A DNA stretch of 64,000 bases from Candidatus Pacebacteria bacterium CG2_30_36_39 (GCA_001873435.1 MNZB01000004.1:78030-142029), one strand, 5' to 3'. Positions 20,061 to 30,028 are shown, counted from the stretch's first letter. Made by a program: numbers and translations. Notes: generated from the letters alone by a model not told the origin.

Positions 20061-20087
20061 AGTATTACAAATTATAAGGAAAAAAAT

Positions 20088-20318
20088 ATGACAAAACATA
20101 TTAAGCAAAAAAGTATCAAGCCAATCGCCGCAGTTGTTGGTGGTGTAATAGCTGGAGCTGGACTAGCAATCGCAGGAGCCATTGCTTTGAAAAATAAAAA
20201 GGTAAGCAATAAAGTTTCCAAGGTTTTGAAAGACATAAAAACAGAAACAATGAATATGTCACAAAAAGCTAAAAGCAATATTGATAAATCTATAAAGAAA
20301 ATTGAAAAAAATAATTAA
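20088..20318 (+). CDS. YtxH-like small membrane-anchored protein
   Basis: Gly/Ala-rich TM followed by a Lys-rich helix; RBS AAGGA. Confidence 0.55.
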   Translation: MTKHIKQKSIKPIAAVVGGVIAGAGLAIAGAIALKNKKVSNKVSKVLKDIKTETMNMSQKAKSNIDKSIKKIEKNN

Positions 20319-20355
20319 AAACACTAAATAATAATTACTTGGAAAGAAAAACAAT

Positions 20356-20598
20356 ATGAATATATTACTTTGGCTACTACTTGGAGCTCTCGCTGGTTGG
20401 CTTGCAGGAGTTTTTATGAAAAGCGATCATAGTACTGTAGAGGATATTATCTTGGGTATCGTTGGTTCGTTCGTGGGCGGATTTATTATGAACTTCTTTG
20501 GACAATCCGGTGTTACTGGATTTAATCTTTATAGCGTAATCGTTTCTACAATAGGAGCAGTTTGCGTTATCTTCTTAGGAAGAGTTCTTCGTAGATAA
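20356..20598 (+). CDS. GlsB/YeaQ/YmgE (transglycosylase-associated) stress membrane protein
   Basis: WLLLGALAGWLA...DIILGIVGSFVGG...GFNLYS...IGA. Confidence 0.9.
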   Translation: MNILLWLLLGALAGWLAGVFMKSDHSTVEDIILGIVGSFVGGFIMNFFGQSGVTGFNLYSVIVSTIGAVCVIFLGRVLRR

Positions 20599-20662
20599 AA
20601 ATTGAATATTTCTTATTGATTAAACTATATTTAGTTTTAAATTAAGAAGGTATAATGGTGCC

Positions 20663-20908
20663 ATGCAATTTAGCACTATTAGCCTTATCATCAATATTTT
20701 TATTCTGATATGTTTCTTTTTGGGAATCATTAAAATTTCCCATAGCTCATATACATTAGTTGTAAATAAAAAAAATAAAACAAACCAAATTAAAAACGGT
20801 TTTACGCTTATTATCATTTCTGTTATTGTCTATTTCCTTTTTAACCTTGTAATAAACTACATGGGTCTTCTGGATCCACCTTCATCTGCTATTTTTGGTC
20901 AAAAATAA
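20663..20908 (+). CDS. small 2-TM protein (weak TrbC/VirB2 pilin-like layout)
   Basis: two hydrophobic helices separated by a basic loop; TATAAT just upstream. Confidence 0.45.
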   Translation: MQFSTISLIINIFILICFFLGIIKISHSSYTLVVNKKNKTNQIKNGFTLIIISVIVYFLFNLVINYMGLLDPPSSAIFGQK

Positions 20909-20990
20909 GTCAAAATACTTTTGTCTCACTTAACGGCATAATCAAATGGCTATTTTTTAAACCTAAGTCCTCATGAAACTATAAGCAAAC

Positions 20991-22064
20991 ATGCTACCCA
21001 TTCAACCACCATTTATCCCATTATTTTTTAAAAAAAATAATACTAAAAACAATTCATCTTATGAAAAAATTTTCTTATCATGGGAAGATGCCCTATGGCA
21101 ACTCCTTAGAAATCACCAAATACCAAAAGACTCTGTTGTTCTTGTCCCTAACTTCTTTTGCTGGGATGTAGTAGAAAACATGGAAACCCATGGACTAAAG
21201 CATATTGTTTATGAAGTAGATAAATATCTGCAACCAAACCAAATTGATTTTGAGAATAAACTAAAAGAATTTAATCCAGCAATTATCATCATCTTCAATG
21301 CTGTTGGCATTACCAATTCTCTATTTAAAAATATTGAATGGCTCAGGCATCTTCAGAAAGAAGCTATTCTAATAGAAGATTGTGTACACAAAATTATTGA
21401 TCCAGAAAAAATAAGTTTTATCACCAAAAACCACTATCTCATAGATAGTCTAAGAAAAGTCGTGCCTATCCAAGGCAGTAGAGTTTTTTCACAGCAAAAA
21501 ATTGTAAATCCATCATTTACCAGCAATCTCTCTACCGCCTGGTATAGGACTAGAGTTTTCTATTGGTGGATAGTTATGCAGCTAGCATTGGTTCTAGTTT
21601 ATGTTTCAAATAATAACTTTATCCAAAGATATGGAAATAGATTAGCTGAGTATGCTATGAAAACTGGTTACAACATTATTGGTGATCATGCTAATCCTAG
21701 TTCTGCTCCAAGAATAATGGGTTTGCTGGCAAAAAAAATAAATATTGATTTGATAAAAAAAATAAAAGAAAAACAAACTAATTTGTATAGCGATCTCTTA
21801 AAAAATGTTTTTACAAAAGAAGTATTCTTTAAAATTCCATTTTCAAATAGTGATAAAAAAGAATTAAGAGGATTTCCACTAGGCATTGAACTTGCTAAAG
21901 CAAATTTATTTTTAAACCATATTAGATCTAAGGGTGTTTTGGTAAGATTTGAATTGGACGACAGTCTTTGGGCCAACAAACAAAAAGTTGTATACCTACC
22001 AATGGGTCCGCAGGTTTCTGAAAAAGATATAGAAATGGTTTGTGATGTTATTAAAAGTTTCTAA
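20991..22064 (+). CDS. divergent DegT-like PLP-dependent enzyme
   Basis: VLVPNFFC, LIEDCVH, DSLRK (PLP lysine), YLPMGP. Confidence 0.7.
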   Translation: MLPIQPPFIPLFFKKNNTKNNSSYEKIFLSWEDALWQLLRNHQIPKDSVVLVPNFFCWDVVENMETHGLKHIVYEVDKYLQPNQIDFENKLKEFNPAIIIIFNAVGITNSLFKNIEWLRHLQKEAILIEDCVHKIIDPEKISFITKNHYLIDSLRKVVPIQGSRVFSQQKIVNPSFTSNLSTAWYRTRVFYWWIVMQLALVLVYVSNNNFIQRYGNRLAEYAMKTGYNIIGDHANPSSAPRIMGLLAKKINIDLIKKIKEKQTNLYSDLLKNVFTKEVFFKIPFSNSDKKELRGFPLGIELAKANLFLNHIRSKGVLVRFELDDSLWANKQKVVYLPMGPQVSEKDIEMVCDVIKSF

Positions 22065-22066
22065 AC

Positions 22067-22552
22067 CTATTTAATTGACTTTAATATATAAGTAGTTTTT
22101 CCTTTAGGAGAAACTATAATTATTTCATCACCTACTTTTTTTCCTATTACAGCTTGGCCAATAGGGCTTTCTAAAGAATATTTGTTTTCTGTTACGTCAG
22201 ACTCGTATTGACCAACCAAAGTAAAGGTTAGAGTGTTTTTATCATTTTTAAGGGTAATGGTTTTGCCAAAACTAGCTTTGTCATCCATTTTAATAACTGG
22301 GATATAAGCATTTGCTAAAATATATTTGATTTGCCTAAGCTGTCTGCCAATACTACCTAATTCAAACTTGGCTGCTGTATAAGCTCCGTTTTCAGATAAA
22401 TCACCCATTTCTCTGGCCACAATTAGACGTCCCATGACTTCTTTGCGTAAAGAGGTCAAGCGCTCCAGTTCTGCCTTTTTTTGTTCTAAAGCTATCTTTG
22501 ATAGGGGTATCTGGTCTGGTTTTGGTTGTTTGGCAATTATTTTTTTTACCAT
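22067..22552 (-). CDS. greA: transcription elongation factor GreA
   Basis: AREMGDLSENGAY, SLESPIGQAVIGKKVGD. Confidence 0.92.
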   Translation of the reverse strand: MVKKIIAKQPKPDQIPLSKIALEQKKAELERLTSLRKEVMGRLIVAREMGDLSENGAYTAAKFELGSIGRQLRQIKYILANAYIPVIKMDDKASFGKTITLKNDKNTLTFTLVGQYESDVTENKYSLESPIGQAVIGKKVGDEIIIVSPKGKTTYILKSIK

Positions 22553-22633
22553 GTGGTTGTGATTATATTAGCAGTAACTGACATTAATTATTGAGCAAAT
22601 TATGACAATAAATGTTAAAATCAAGGTTCATGA

Positions 22634-22722
<89 letters not shown>

Positions 22723-22729
22723 AACTCAA

Positions 22730-24049
22730 CTACAACCTCTTAAACTGACCACCCTCTTTATAACTTGCAACTACAGTAGGCCTTGGAACTTTCTTACCAG
22801 TAACTTGATAATAAAGATCATAAGGATCAACCTGGGGCAAAACATGCTCACCCATCCTATTAGCAATTTCCTCAGCACTAGAACTAAGCAACATCACCCC
22901 AGTAATATAAGCAATAAAATCATCTACCTCCAACATAGCCACCTCACGACGCTCATAACTTCTTGCACCATCAGCAACCAAAACATACGGCAAATCCTTA
23001 TCCCCACCCCTCGTTGGCCTTTCCAGTGGCAAAGTATCACTCAACATCACTATCTTAACCTTATCATTCCTCAAAACATCTTGAAGCTGCTCATAATACT
23101 CTCTACCAGCAAAAACAGCATGAGAAGCACAAATAATCACCTCTTCAGCTCCATCAATCAACAACAACTCAACCGTTTTTAAAATAGTCCCTCCACTACC
23201 AATCATATCGTCCATCAAAATCACCCTCCTACCCCTAACATCACCATAAACCAACTCATGCTCTGTTTTGGAAGGCCTACCATCCAAAGCCGGAATCCTA
23301 TGTTTACGAATAACCCCCAACTCAAACCCCTCCTCATCATGAAGCTTCTTCGCCAAAGCCAAATTACCAAAATCCACCCCAACAATCATCGTTGGCATAT
23401 TATCTTTTAGATAACCATTATTTCTCAAAGACTCAATCATCAACTTAGCAGTAGTAATATTAACTGTATCTATTCCCAAAGACTCAAACTGCTGACTAGC
23501 AGGAAAACTATGACTATCGACCGTCACCAAATTCTTTACCCCAGCCGTATGCTTCATCAAGCTAGCAACAGCCAAGCTCCAACTGGATTGAGCCATAGCC
23601 ATCGCAACCTCTTCAACATCCTCCTGCTCAGCACCCACCTCACTCCTCATTCCTGGAGGTAAATCCTTCTTAGAAGGAAGATCCTGTCTCCAATCACCAA
23701 AAACACTTAACACACTCAAATTTTGAACATTAGGACCAAACTCACCTCGATCCTGAGTAAAAGCATGAGCCAAAAACATATCCAGCATCGCATCCGCCAA
23801 ATTATCACCATTCATAATCCAAGGCATAACCACATTAGGAGCCTCTCCAGCCAGCAACAACCACATACCATTGGCAAAAGACGATTCTTGAAACCTAATT
23901 TTGGGATAAAGATTCTGCAACTGCTCAGTAGACTTTGGCTTATACGATCGATAACTCCAAGGAACATGAATTTTTGATTGAGCTGGATCAACTGGAGACA
24001 AAGAATCTAAACTGAAAAGCTTTGAAGAAGTTTTTTCAACCACGCTCAT
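22730..24049 (-). CDS. prs: divergent ribose-phosphate pyrophosphokinase (PRPP synthetase)-like protein
   Basis: FANG, GDWRQD, TVDSHS, GVDFG, VILMDDMIGSGGT, ASHAVF in the canonical Prs order. Confidence 0.7.
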   Translation of the reverse strand: MSVVEKTSSKLFSLDSLSPVDPAQSKIHVPWSYRSYKPKSTEQLQNLYPKIRFQESSFANGMWLLLAGEAPNVVMPWIMNGDNLADAMLDMFLAHAFTQDRGEFGPNVQNLSVLSVFGDWRQDLPSKKDLPPGMRSEVGAEQEDVEEVAMAMAQSSWSLAVASLMKHTAGVKNLVTVDSHSFPASQQFESLGIDTVNITTAKLMIESLRNNGYLKDNMPTMIVGVDFGNLALAKKLHDEEGFELGVIRKHRIPALDGRPSKTEHELVYGDVRGRRVILMDDMIGSGGTILKTVELLLIDGAEEVIICASHAVFAGREYYEQLQDVLRNDKVKIVMLSDTLPLERPTRGGDKDLPYVLVADGARSYERREVAMLEVDDFIAYITGVMLLSSSAEEIANRMGEHVLPQVDPYDLYYQVTGKKVPRPTVVASYKEGGQFKRL

Positions 24050-24120
24050 GCAACCAATTCAAGGGCAAGCTAAATTATTAGCTTCAGCCTATCATTAGAT
24101 CTTTAAAAAAACAATAAAAA

Positions 24121-24918
24121 CTAGAAACTCAAAGCTTTTTCAATCGCCTCAATCACCCCATCCTCAGCCTGAGTACCCACAGAAAAATCTGCAACCTCCT
24201 TGAGCTCTGCTGGAGCATTACCCATAGCCACTTTAACCCCACAAGCAGAAAGCAAAGGAAGATCATTAAAACTATCACCCAAACCCATTATTTCCTGCGG
24301 ATCCAAACTCATCATCTCAGCATAAGCAAATAAAGCCGCTTTTTTACCAGCACCACCATCATTAATATCCATACCAACACCCTTCTTACCAGTGGTCTTA
24401 ACAATATGCAATTGAGGAAACTCAGTAATTAAACTTTGCAAAATAGGCTCAATTAGTTGAGCATCATACAATGGTGGAATAGCAATTTTTGGAACATTAT
24501 CTATTGGAAGAAACTTAATATCTTTAATAGTTGCTCCAGTCGCAAACTCAGGATCAGCAACGCCATCCCTAGTAAACAAATCCTTTCCAGACTCCGCCAA
24601 AAGAATATATTGATCTGATGATGACAACCTACTTATTATCTCCTTAACATCAATGGCTGGAATATATTTCCCCCAAACAACCTCATCTGTTTCTGCAGAA
24701 ACAATCTCAGCCCCACCACGTACTATCTGTGGAGTCTTGAGACCTATTCGATGACACATACTTTGCAATAAACCCTCGTAAGCCCTACCAGTAGCTATAG
24801 AAAAAATACCTCCGCTTGCCACATAACTAGCGATTGCCATCTCAACTTTGAGAGAAATTTTTTGCTCATAACTAACAATAGTGCCATCAAAATCAGAAAC
24901 AATTGCTTTAATTTTCAT
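24121..24918 (-). CDS. Cof-type HAD-IIB hydrolase
   Basis: SDFDGT, ATGR, GDSFND, AMGNA. Confidence 0.92.
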   Translation of the reverse strand: MKIKAIVSDFDGTIVSYEQKISLKVEMAIASYVASGGIFSIATGRAYEGLLQSMCHRIGLKTPQIVRGGAEIVSAETDEVVWGKYIPAIDVKEIISRLSSSDQYILLAESGKDLFTRDGVADPEFATGATIKDIKFLPIDNVPKIAIPPLYDAQLIEPILQSLITEFPQLHIVKTTGKKGVGMDINDGGAGKKAALFAYAEMMSLDPQEIMGLGDSFNDLPLLSACGVKVAMGNAPAELKEVADFSVGTQAEDGVIEAIEKALSF

Positions 24919-24966
24919 GAGATAATTTTAACACTAAAAAATATTCTTTTAGCCAGTTAACAGCTA

Positions 24967-26265
24967 ATGACCACACTAAAAAACAAAATACTAAAAAATA
25001 TTTTTTTAATCAGCACTTTTCTCTTACTAACCCATATCTTTGGCTGGCTACAAAACACCAACAACAACCCCATAGATCTAGATGAAATCGCTTGGGTAAA
25101 TGATGCAAAAATCTATGATTGGAGAACAAATGAAAAATGGCAAAACTTCTCCTGGTCAAAAGACAACTCCAGAAAACCATGGAACTCAGCAGACTTCAGA
25201 CTCTTCGATCAACCACATCTAACCAAATATATTTACGGAAATATCCTGAGTCTAAAAAAAATAGAACCATGGAATGATAGTTATTACCACCAAAAAAACT
25301 ACCAAGACTTTGCCCAACAAAAACTCTCTGACAAAAAATACATTGATGAAATCGAAAGCAAAAAATTCTTTGGAGAAAAAACAATTGCAGCAATTGAAAC
25401 ATCTAGAAAAATAAGCCTAACATTTGGACTCAGCTTTTTCCTATTACTCTTCATCTTCATAAACTCAAACTCATCAACGCTCTCTGCAATTATTACCACC
25501 AGCCTACTAATGACCAATCCAATCTTTCAATATAACTTCAAAATAGCCACTGCTGACAGCATCTCAATGTTTTTTATACTCTTAACATTAATTATTTTTT
25601 ACAAACTATTTTTTAATAAAAACAAAAACAACTTTATCTACTTATTCATATCTGCTATCACCACAGCACTTGCTACTAGCAGCAAAATCAATGGCTGGAT
25701 CTTAGTTATAATATTTTTAATTTTCAACACCATCAAATTAATTAAGGAAGAAAAAATAAATATAAAATATTTTTGGCAAAAAAATATTCTCTGGATCCTA
25801 ATCTTTATTAATACCTACATTTATTTACAACCAGAACTTTGGAACAATTCATTAATAGGAATAGAACATTTCTTTAGACAAAGAATTACTCAACAAATAA
25901 TTTTCTCAACTACCACCTCACTAAATTTCTTAAACTACCACCTATGGATAATTAGATTATTTATAGAATCCCATACAAAAAACATTTCATTACTAAAACT
26001 ATCACTGTTCATTATTAGCCTTGTTTCTCTATTAATAAAATTAACCACACAAAAAATTAATTTAGATTGGAAAAAAACCTCTATCATCACTTGCATTATA
26101 ATTTCATGGCTCTTCTTTTTTTCCTATGCAAAAGTTGGTTTTTCAAGATACACCATGTGGCCACTCGTTCTTTTAGCTACTTTCACATCATTAGAAATAG
26201 AAAAAACCATAAAAACACTAATTATCAAAAAAATACCTCATCGTTTCCACATCAAAGTAAGCTAA
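24967..26265 (+). CDS. GT-C (ArnT/PMT-like) polytopic glycosyltransferase
   Basis: first-loop DE (LDEIAW), DQPHL, SSKING, multiple TMs. Confidence 0.7.
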   Translation: MTTLKNKILKNIFLISTFLLLTHIFGWLQNTNNNPIDLDEIAWVNDAKIYDWRTNEKWQNFSWSKDNSRKPWNSADFRLFDQPHLTKYIYGNILSLKKIEPWNDSYYHQKNYQDFAQQKLSDKKYIDEIESKKFFGEKTIAAIETSRKISLTFGLSFFLLLFIFINSNSSTLSAIITTSLLMTNPIFQYNFKIATADSISMFFILLTLIIFYKLFFNKNKNNFIYLFISAITTALATSSKINGWILVIIFLIFNTIKLIKEEKINIKYFWQKNILWILIFINTYIYLQPELWNNSLIGIEHFFRQRITQQIIFSTTTSLNFLNYHLWIIRLFIESHTKNISLLKLSLFIISLVSLLIKLTTQKINLDWKKTSIITCIIISWLFFFSYAKVGFSRYTMWPLVLLATFTSLEIEKTIKTLIIKKIPHRFHIKVS

Positions 26266-26320
26266 TATTTTTTCCAGAGCTTGACATAGGACAGCTTTCT
26301 TTCAACAATTGAACATACAC

Positions 26321-28156
26321 ATGAAAGCGACTAAAAAAACTTACCAACCAACCCAAGTCGCTAATAAAAACAAGCTTATCAACTGGCTTTTAATTATAAA
26401 AAGATTTTTAACAACAAACAGCAACGGCTTCTTAAGTGGCCTGCTAATCTGGCATTTGATCCTCAGAATCCCAACATTCTTCGAACCATTTTGGTATGTT
26501 GATGAAACCCTATACATCCTAATGGGCAAAGCCATTAAAGATGGCGCTATCCTATACAGAGATGTAGTAGATAACAAACCACCAATAGTCTATTTACTAG
26601 CCACCATCATCCCCAGCCAATTAGGACTCAGAATACTTAATACTATTTTTATCTCAATCACTCTAATTTGCTTCTACGACATAATAAATAGATTGATTGT
26701 CAAAAAAAACATCATCGCAAAAATCAGCACAATCACATTAATGATCTTACTTTCATTCCCTACTTTTGAAGGAACAATCTTTAATGCTGAACCAGTCTAC
26801 ATAACTTTCGGCATCATTGGCATCTGGCTACTATCAAAAACAAACAGCTGGAAATTTGCTTTAGAAAAAAACACCCCAATAAACAAAACCAAATCAGAAA
26901 ATAAAAAAAGATTCTTAGCTGGCATATTTTTTGGCCTCGCGCTCTTAACAAAAATTCCAGCCCTACTATTCTTTGGACCAATCATCTTAACAGATGCCCT
27001 AGCCTTAATATCTCAAAATAAAACAACAAAAAACATCAAACAAATAATTGTCCAATTTAGTTTATTAATCATTGGACTATTACTACCTGTAATAATAACA
27101 ACCTGCTTCTTTGCTTATCATCAAACATTAACTGAATATTCATATTGGACATTCAAATATCTCTTTGGCTACATTGAAAACTGGAAACCATTCTTTGATT
27201 TTTCACCATCTTGGTTGAAAATATTTTTCCTAACCAAAACCAAACTCATATCCTTTGTTTTGAGCAACCTACTTTTACTAAAACTTTATTCCAAACAAAA
27301 AATTTCACTACGCCGATACCTACTATTTAGTTGGACAATAGCTAGTCTCTATTCAGTAATTCTTTCCAATAGACCATTTAATAATTATTGGCTTCCATTT
27401 TGGCCATCAATGATTGCCTTAACAAGCTATGTAATAGAAAAAATGATAACCAAATACAAATCAAAATCACTATATTTCGGTTGGCTAATTTCTGTTTTCA
27501 TAACCATCTTTATTTTTGTTGCTATTCCATTCAAATTATTTCCCAGTGTAGAGTATTACCAACTAAGCTGGAAATTATTTGGAGGAAAAATCACTAAATG
27601 GGACTACGAATCATGGTTTGACAAGCTAGTCGATGAATCAGTTAATCCAAGAGCCCCCACAATCATGGGAGATAATAAGATCACTAGAGACTGGCTGAAT
27701 AAAAACAAAATCACAACAATTTTCATTTGGGGAAATAACCCAATGGTCTTATTAGGAACAAATGCCAAACAAATAACAAGATTCCCACTAAGCTTCTACA
27801 TTGATCACCTACAACAATTTAATGACCAACAATTTGCCCAATCCTACCAAGAAATAGTTGATATTAGACCAGAGGTAATCATTAAAATGAAACCAACTCA
27901 AAGCAAATTCTTTGAAATGGACAAATTAATTGAAAAATATTATCAAAAAATAATAGACATGCGCACTCAAACCATATACTTCAGCAACGACGCAACCATC
28001 TTTGAACTATCACCAACAACATATTACAGTAGGTTCTACTTAATAAGCCAAATACTCAACAACCAATATCCAAGAATTAAAACTCCTCCATCACCATGGG
28101 ATTATCCTAGAAATGATTCTGATCTCTTTCAGCTATCACCTGCTCGAAATCCTTAA
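26321..28156 (+). CDS. GT-C (ArnT/GT39-like) polytopic glycosyltransferase
   Basis: WYVDETLY, LYRDVVDNKPP, FNAE, LLTKIP, IFIWGN. Confidence 0.75.
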   Translation: MKATKKTYQPTQVANKNKLINWLLIIKRFLTTNSNGFLSGLLIWHLILRIPTFFEPFWYVDETLYILMGKAIKDGAILYRDVVDNKPPIVYLLATIIPSQLGLRILNTIFISITLICFYDIINRLIVKKNIIAKISTITLMILLSFPTFEGTIFNAEPVYITFGIIGIWLLSKTNSWKFALEKNTPINKTKSENKKRFLAGIFFGLALLTKIPALLFFGPIILTDALALISQNKTTKNIKQIIVQFSLLIIGLLLPVIITTCFFAYHQTLTEYSYWTFKYLFGYIENWKPFFDFSPSWLKIFFLTKTKLISFVLSNLLLLKLYSKQKISLRRYLLFSWTIASLYSVILSNRPFNNYWLPFWPSMIALTSYVIEKMITKYKSKSLYFGWLISVFITIFIFVAIPFKLFPSVEYYQLSWKLFGGKITKWDYESWFDKLVDESVNPRAPTIMGDNKITRDWLNKNKITTIFIWGNNPMVLLGTNAKQITRFPLSFYIDHLQQFNDQQFAQSYQEIVDIRPEVIIKMKPTQSKFFEMDKLIEKYYQKIIDMRTQTIYFSNDATIFELSPTTYYSRFYLISQILNNQYPRIKTPPSPWDYPRNDSDLFQLSPARNP

Positions 28157-29222
28157 CCAACCAATTTCCGATCTGCTGATGTGTATCACTATTAAAATGA
28201 AAATCATAAGTAAAACGCAATGGATTACTCTTGGAATATTCAGCTAGTTGCGGCTGATAATTAAAATATTTATGTTCAGGTAATATCTCTGGAATAAAAG
28301 CCAATGGATTTTCAGCATCAATATTTATTATAATAAACTCAGCTCCATCTCTCTCTGCAAATTGAGAAAACATTTGCAAAATAGCAGTCATCTTTTGAAT
28401 TGTAAAAGCAGCTTCTTCCAAATCTGGCTTATGATCAACATATAACCTTATTGAATCCCAGAGCTTCTCATCATTCTCTGCCATAGACTCAGCAATAGAC
28501 CTTCTCATAAATTGATAATTTAAATAGGAAATAAAATATGAATGAGCACTAAACGGCAATCTTTGCTTTAAACGCTCATCATCATGGCTGATAACAGCAG
28601 TACTTCCACTAACCCCAGTTCCCAAGGTTTGAGCACTACCCAAATCAACCACACCATTATGGTAAATATTAGAATAATTTCTCTCAGCATCCAACCAATT
28701 GGCAGCAACAACCACATAATCAGCCATATAAACTCTAGCTACTTGCTCATAAAGAATTAATTCTGTATCAATACCATATCCTGGCATACCAAAATTAATT
28801 ACCTCTAAATTAGGAATTTTATCTTCTAAAATATCTGCAAAACGCTTGCCATCTGGCACACCTTCACCAAAAGTAAAACTATCACCAAAAAGTAAAACTC
28901 TAATTTTCCCTTCTTCTTTCTCCAAAGAATAATCCTTATCACGAATCCCAATATCATTTGCCGTATATATTACGGAAAAATCAGAAGTAGTAGCCAAAAC
29001 CTGAACGTTGGGTTTTAACAAAGCATATGGCCTGTTCTGGTGATCAAATAACTCGCTTGGCAAACGATCAGAATTAGTTAATTCCTTAAGATAAAGTCTT
29101 AAATCAATATTATAGATTTTTCCATAAAATCTAAACCCAACCTCAATAATAACCAAACAAAATACTATTGATATTAAACTAGCCACAACACTTAATAAAA
29201 ATTTTTGTAAAAAAATACGCAT
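28107..29222 (-). CDS. SGNH/GDSL hydrolase-family membrane-anchored protein
   Basis: FGDSFTFG, INFGMPGYG, DFHFN; start ATG 29222. Confidence 0.85.
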   Translation of the reverse strand: MRIFLQKFLLSVVASLISIVFCLVIIEVGFRFYGKIYNIDLRLYLKELTNSDRLPSELFDHQNRPYALLKPNVQVLATTSDFSVIYTANDIGIRDKDYSLEKEEGKIRVLLFGDSFTFGEGVPDGKRFADILEDKIPNLEVINFGMPGYGIDTELILYEQVARVYMADYVVVAANWLDAERNYSNIYHNGVVDLGSAQTLGTGVSGSTAVISHDDERLKQRLPFSAHSYFISYLNYQFMRRSIAESMAENDEKLWDSIRLYVDHKPDLEEAAFTIQKMTAILQMFSQFAERDGAEFIIINIDAENPLAFIPEILPEHKYFNYQPQLAEYSKSNPLRFTYDFHFNSDTHQQIGNWLVKDFEQVIAERDQNHF

Positions 29223-29280
29223 AACTAAAAAAACCAAATAAATAAATAGATTTCTTAAGTATATAATCAAAAAAACTAAT

Positions 29281-29760
29281 ATGGCTACAAATCTTCCTAA
29301 ACAAAAAACATTAATTCGCCCTGGAGTCAAAGCTCTAATCGTTCATCAAAATAAAGTACTTGTTATCAAAGAACATGTAATTAAAAATGGAAAAACAGTT
29401 GATGTAAATGATTTTCCTGGAGGAGGTATTGAATTTGGTGAAAGCCTCAGGGAAACCTTAATTAGAGAAGTAAAAGAAGAAGTTGGACTAGATATCAACA
29501 TTAAACAAGTTGTTGGTGCTTGGGATTTTGTCATGGGAGAACTAGAACATGAACTGCCTGAAAAATGTGGTGTCCAAATCGTATGTATTGGCTATGAATG
29601 TAGTTTAAAAACTAAACAAAAAATTGATACCACCAAAAATCCAGCCAAAGAAGATATCTTTGAAGCTAAGTGGTATAGCAAAGAAGAATTGCTTGCAAAT
29701 AACGGCAAAATGTTTGGTCACCCTGGTATGATTGAAGCTATTAAAAAACTAAATATTTAA
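29281..29760 (+). CDS. NUDIX hydrolase
   Basis: Nudix box PGGGIEFGESLRETLIREVKEEVG. Confidence 0.92.
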   Translation: MATNLPKQKTLIRPGVKALIVHQNKVLVIKEHVIKNGKTVDVNDFPGGGIEFGESLRETLIREVKEEVGLDINIKQVVGAWDFVMGELEHELPEKCGVQIVCIGYECSLKTKQKIDTTKNPAKEDIFEAKWYSKEELLANNGKMFGHPGMIEAIKKLNI

Positions 29761-29797
29761 GTTTTAGACTTAAATAAAACAATCATACTTTTCCCCC

Positions 29798-29826
29798 TTG
29801 TCATATTAATCATATTTACTTAGAAT
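29798..29826 (+). promoter_or_regulatory. sigma70-type promoter of the argG operon
   Basis: TTGTCA-17 bp-TAGAAT. Confidence 0.65.
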
Positions 29827-29835
29827 CTCCTTCTA

Positions 29836-29940
29836 GTGTCTAACGCTAGTTGTATTTTGGATTATCATCAAAACCAAATCAAAGACGCCCACAGAGGCGT
29901 TTTTCTATGGTCTTTTTTGATTAGACTTAAGAAAAAATAA
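29836..29940 (+). CDS. putative leader peptide (uORF, 34 aa)
   Basis: GTG...TAA ORF (V/M)SNASCILDYHQNQIKDAHRGVFLWSFLIRLKKK, starting near the predicted TSS and ending 3 nt before the terminator. Confidence 0.3.
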   Translation: MSNASCILDYHQNQIKDAHRGVFLWSFLIRLKKK

Positions 29941-29943
29941 ACA

Positions 29944-29979
29944 CATAAAAAGCAAGGTTAAAACCTTGCTTTTTTTATG
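29944..29979 (+). terminator. intrinsic terminator/attenuator in the argG leader
   Basis: AAAAAGCAAGGTT-AA-AACCTTGCTTTTTTT between the promoter and the argG start. Confidence 0.75.
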
Positions 29980-30028
29980 CTAAGCGAAATTCACCATATT
30001 AGTAACAATATAAACAAGGAGCTTGCTC

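Noticed and set aside
18875-22633. Prophage or integrative element between the two tRNA-Ser genes
   Set aside because: No integrase or duplicated tRNA 3' end was seen, and the interval includes the core gene greA.
28107-28156. Convergent 3' gene overlaps (50 bp here, 41 bp at 16345-16385)
   Set aside because: Short tail-to-tail overlaps are common in compact genomes, and nothing here suggests a function.
29882-29903. Calling the leader hairpin a PyrR-binding site
   Set aside because: It deviates from the ARUCCNGNGAGGYU consensus and no pyrR is in the window; kept only as a hypothesis.
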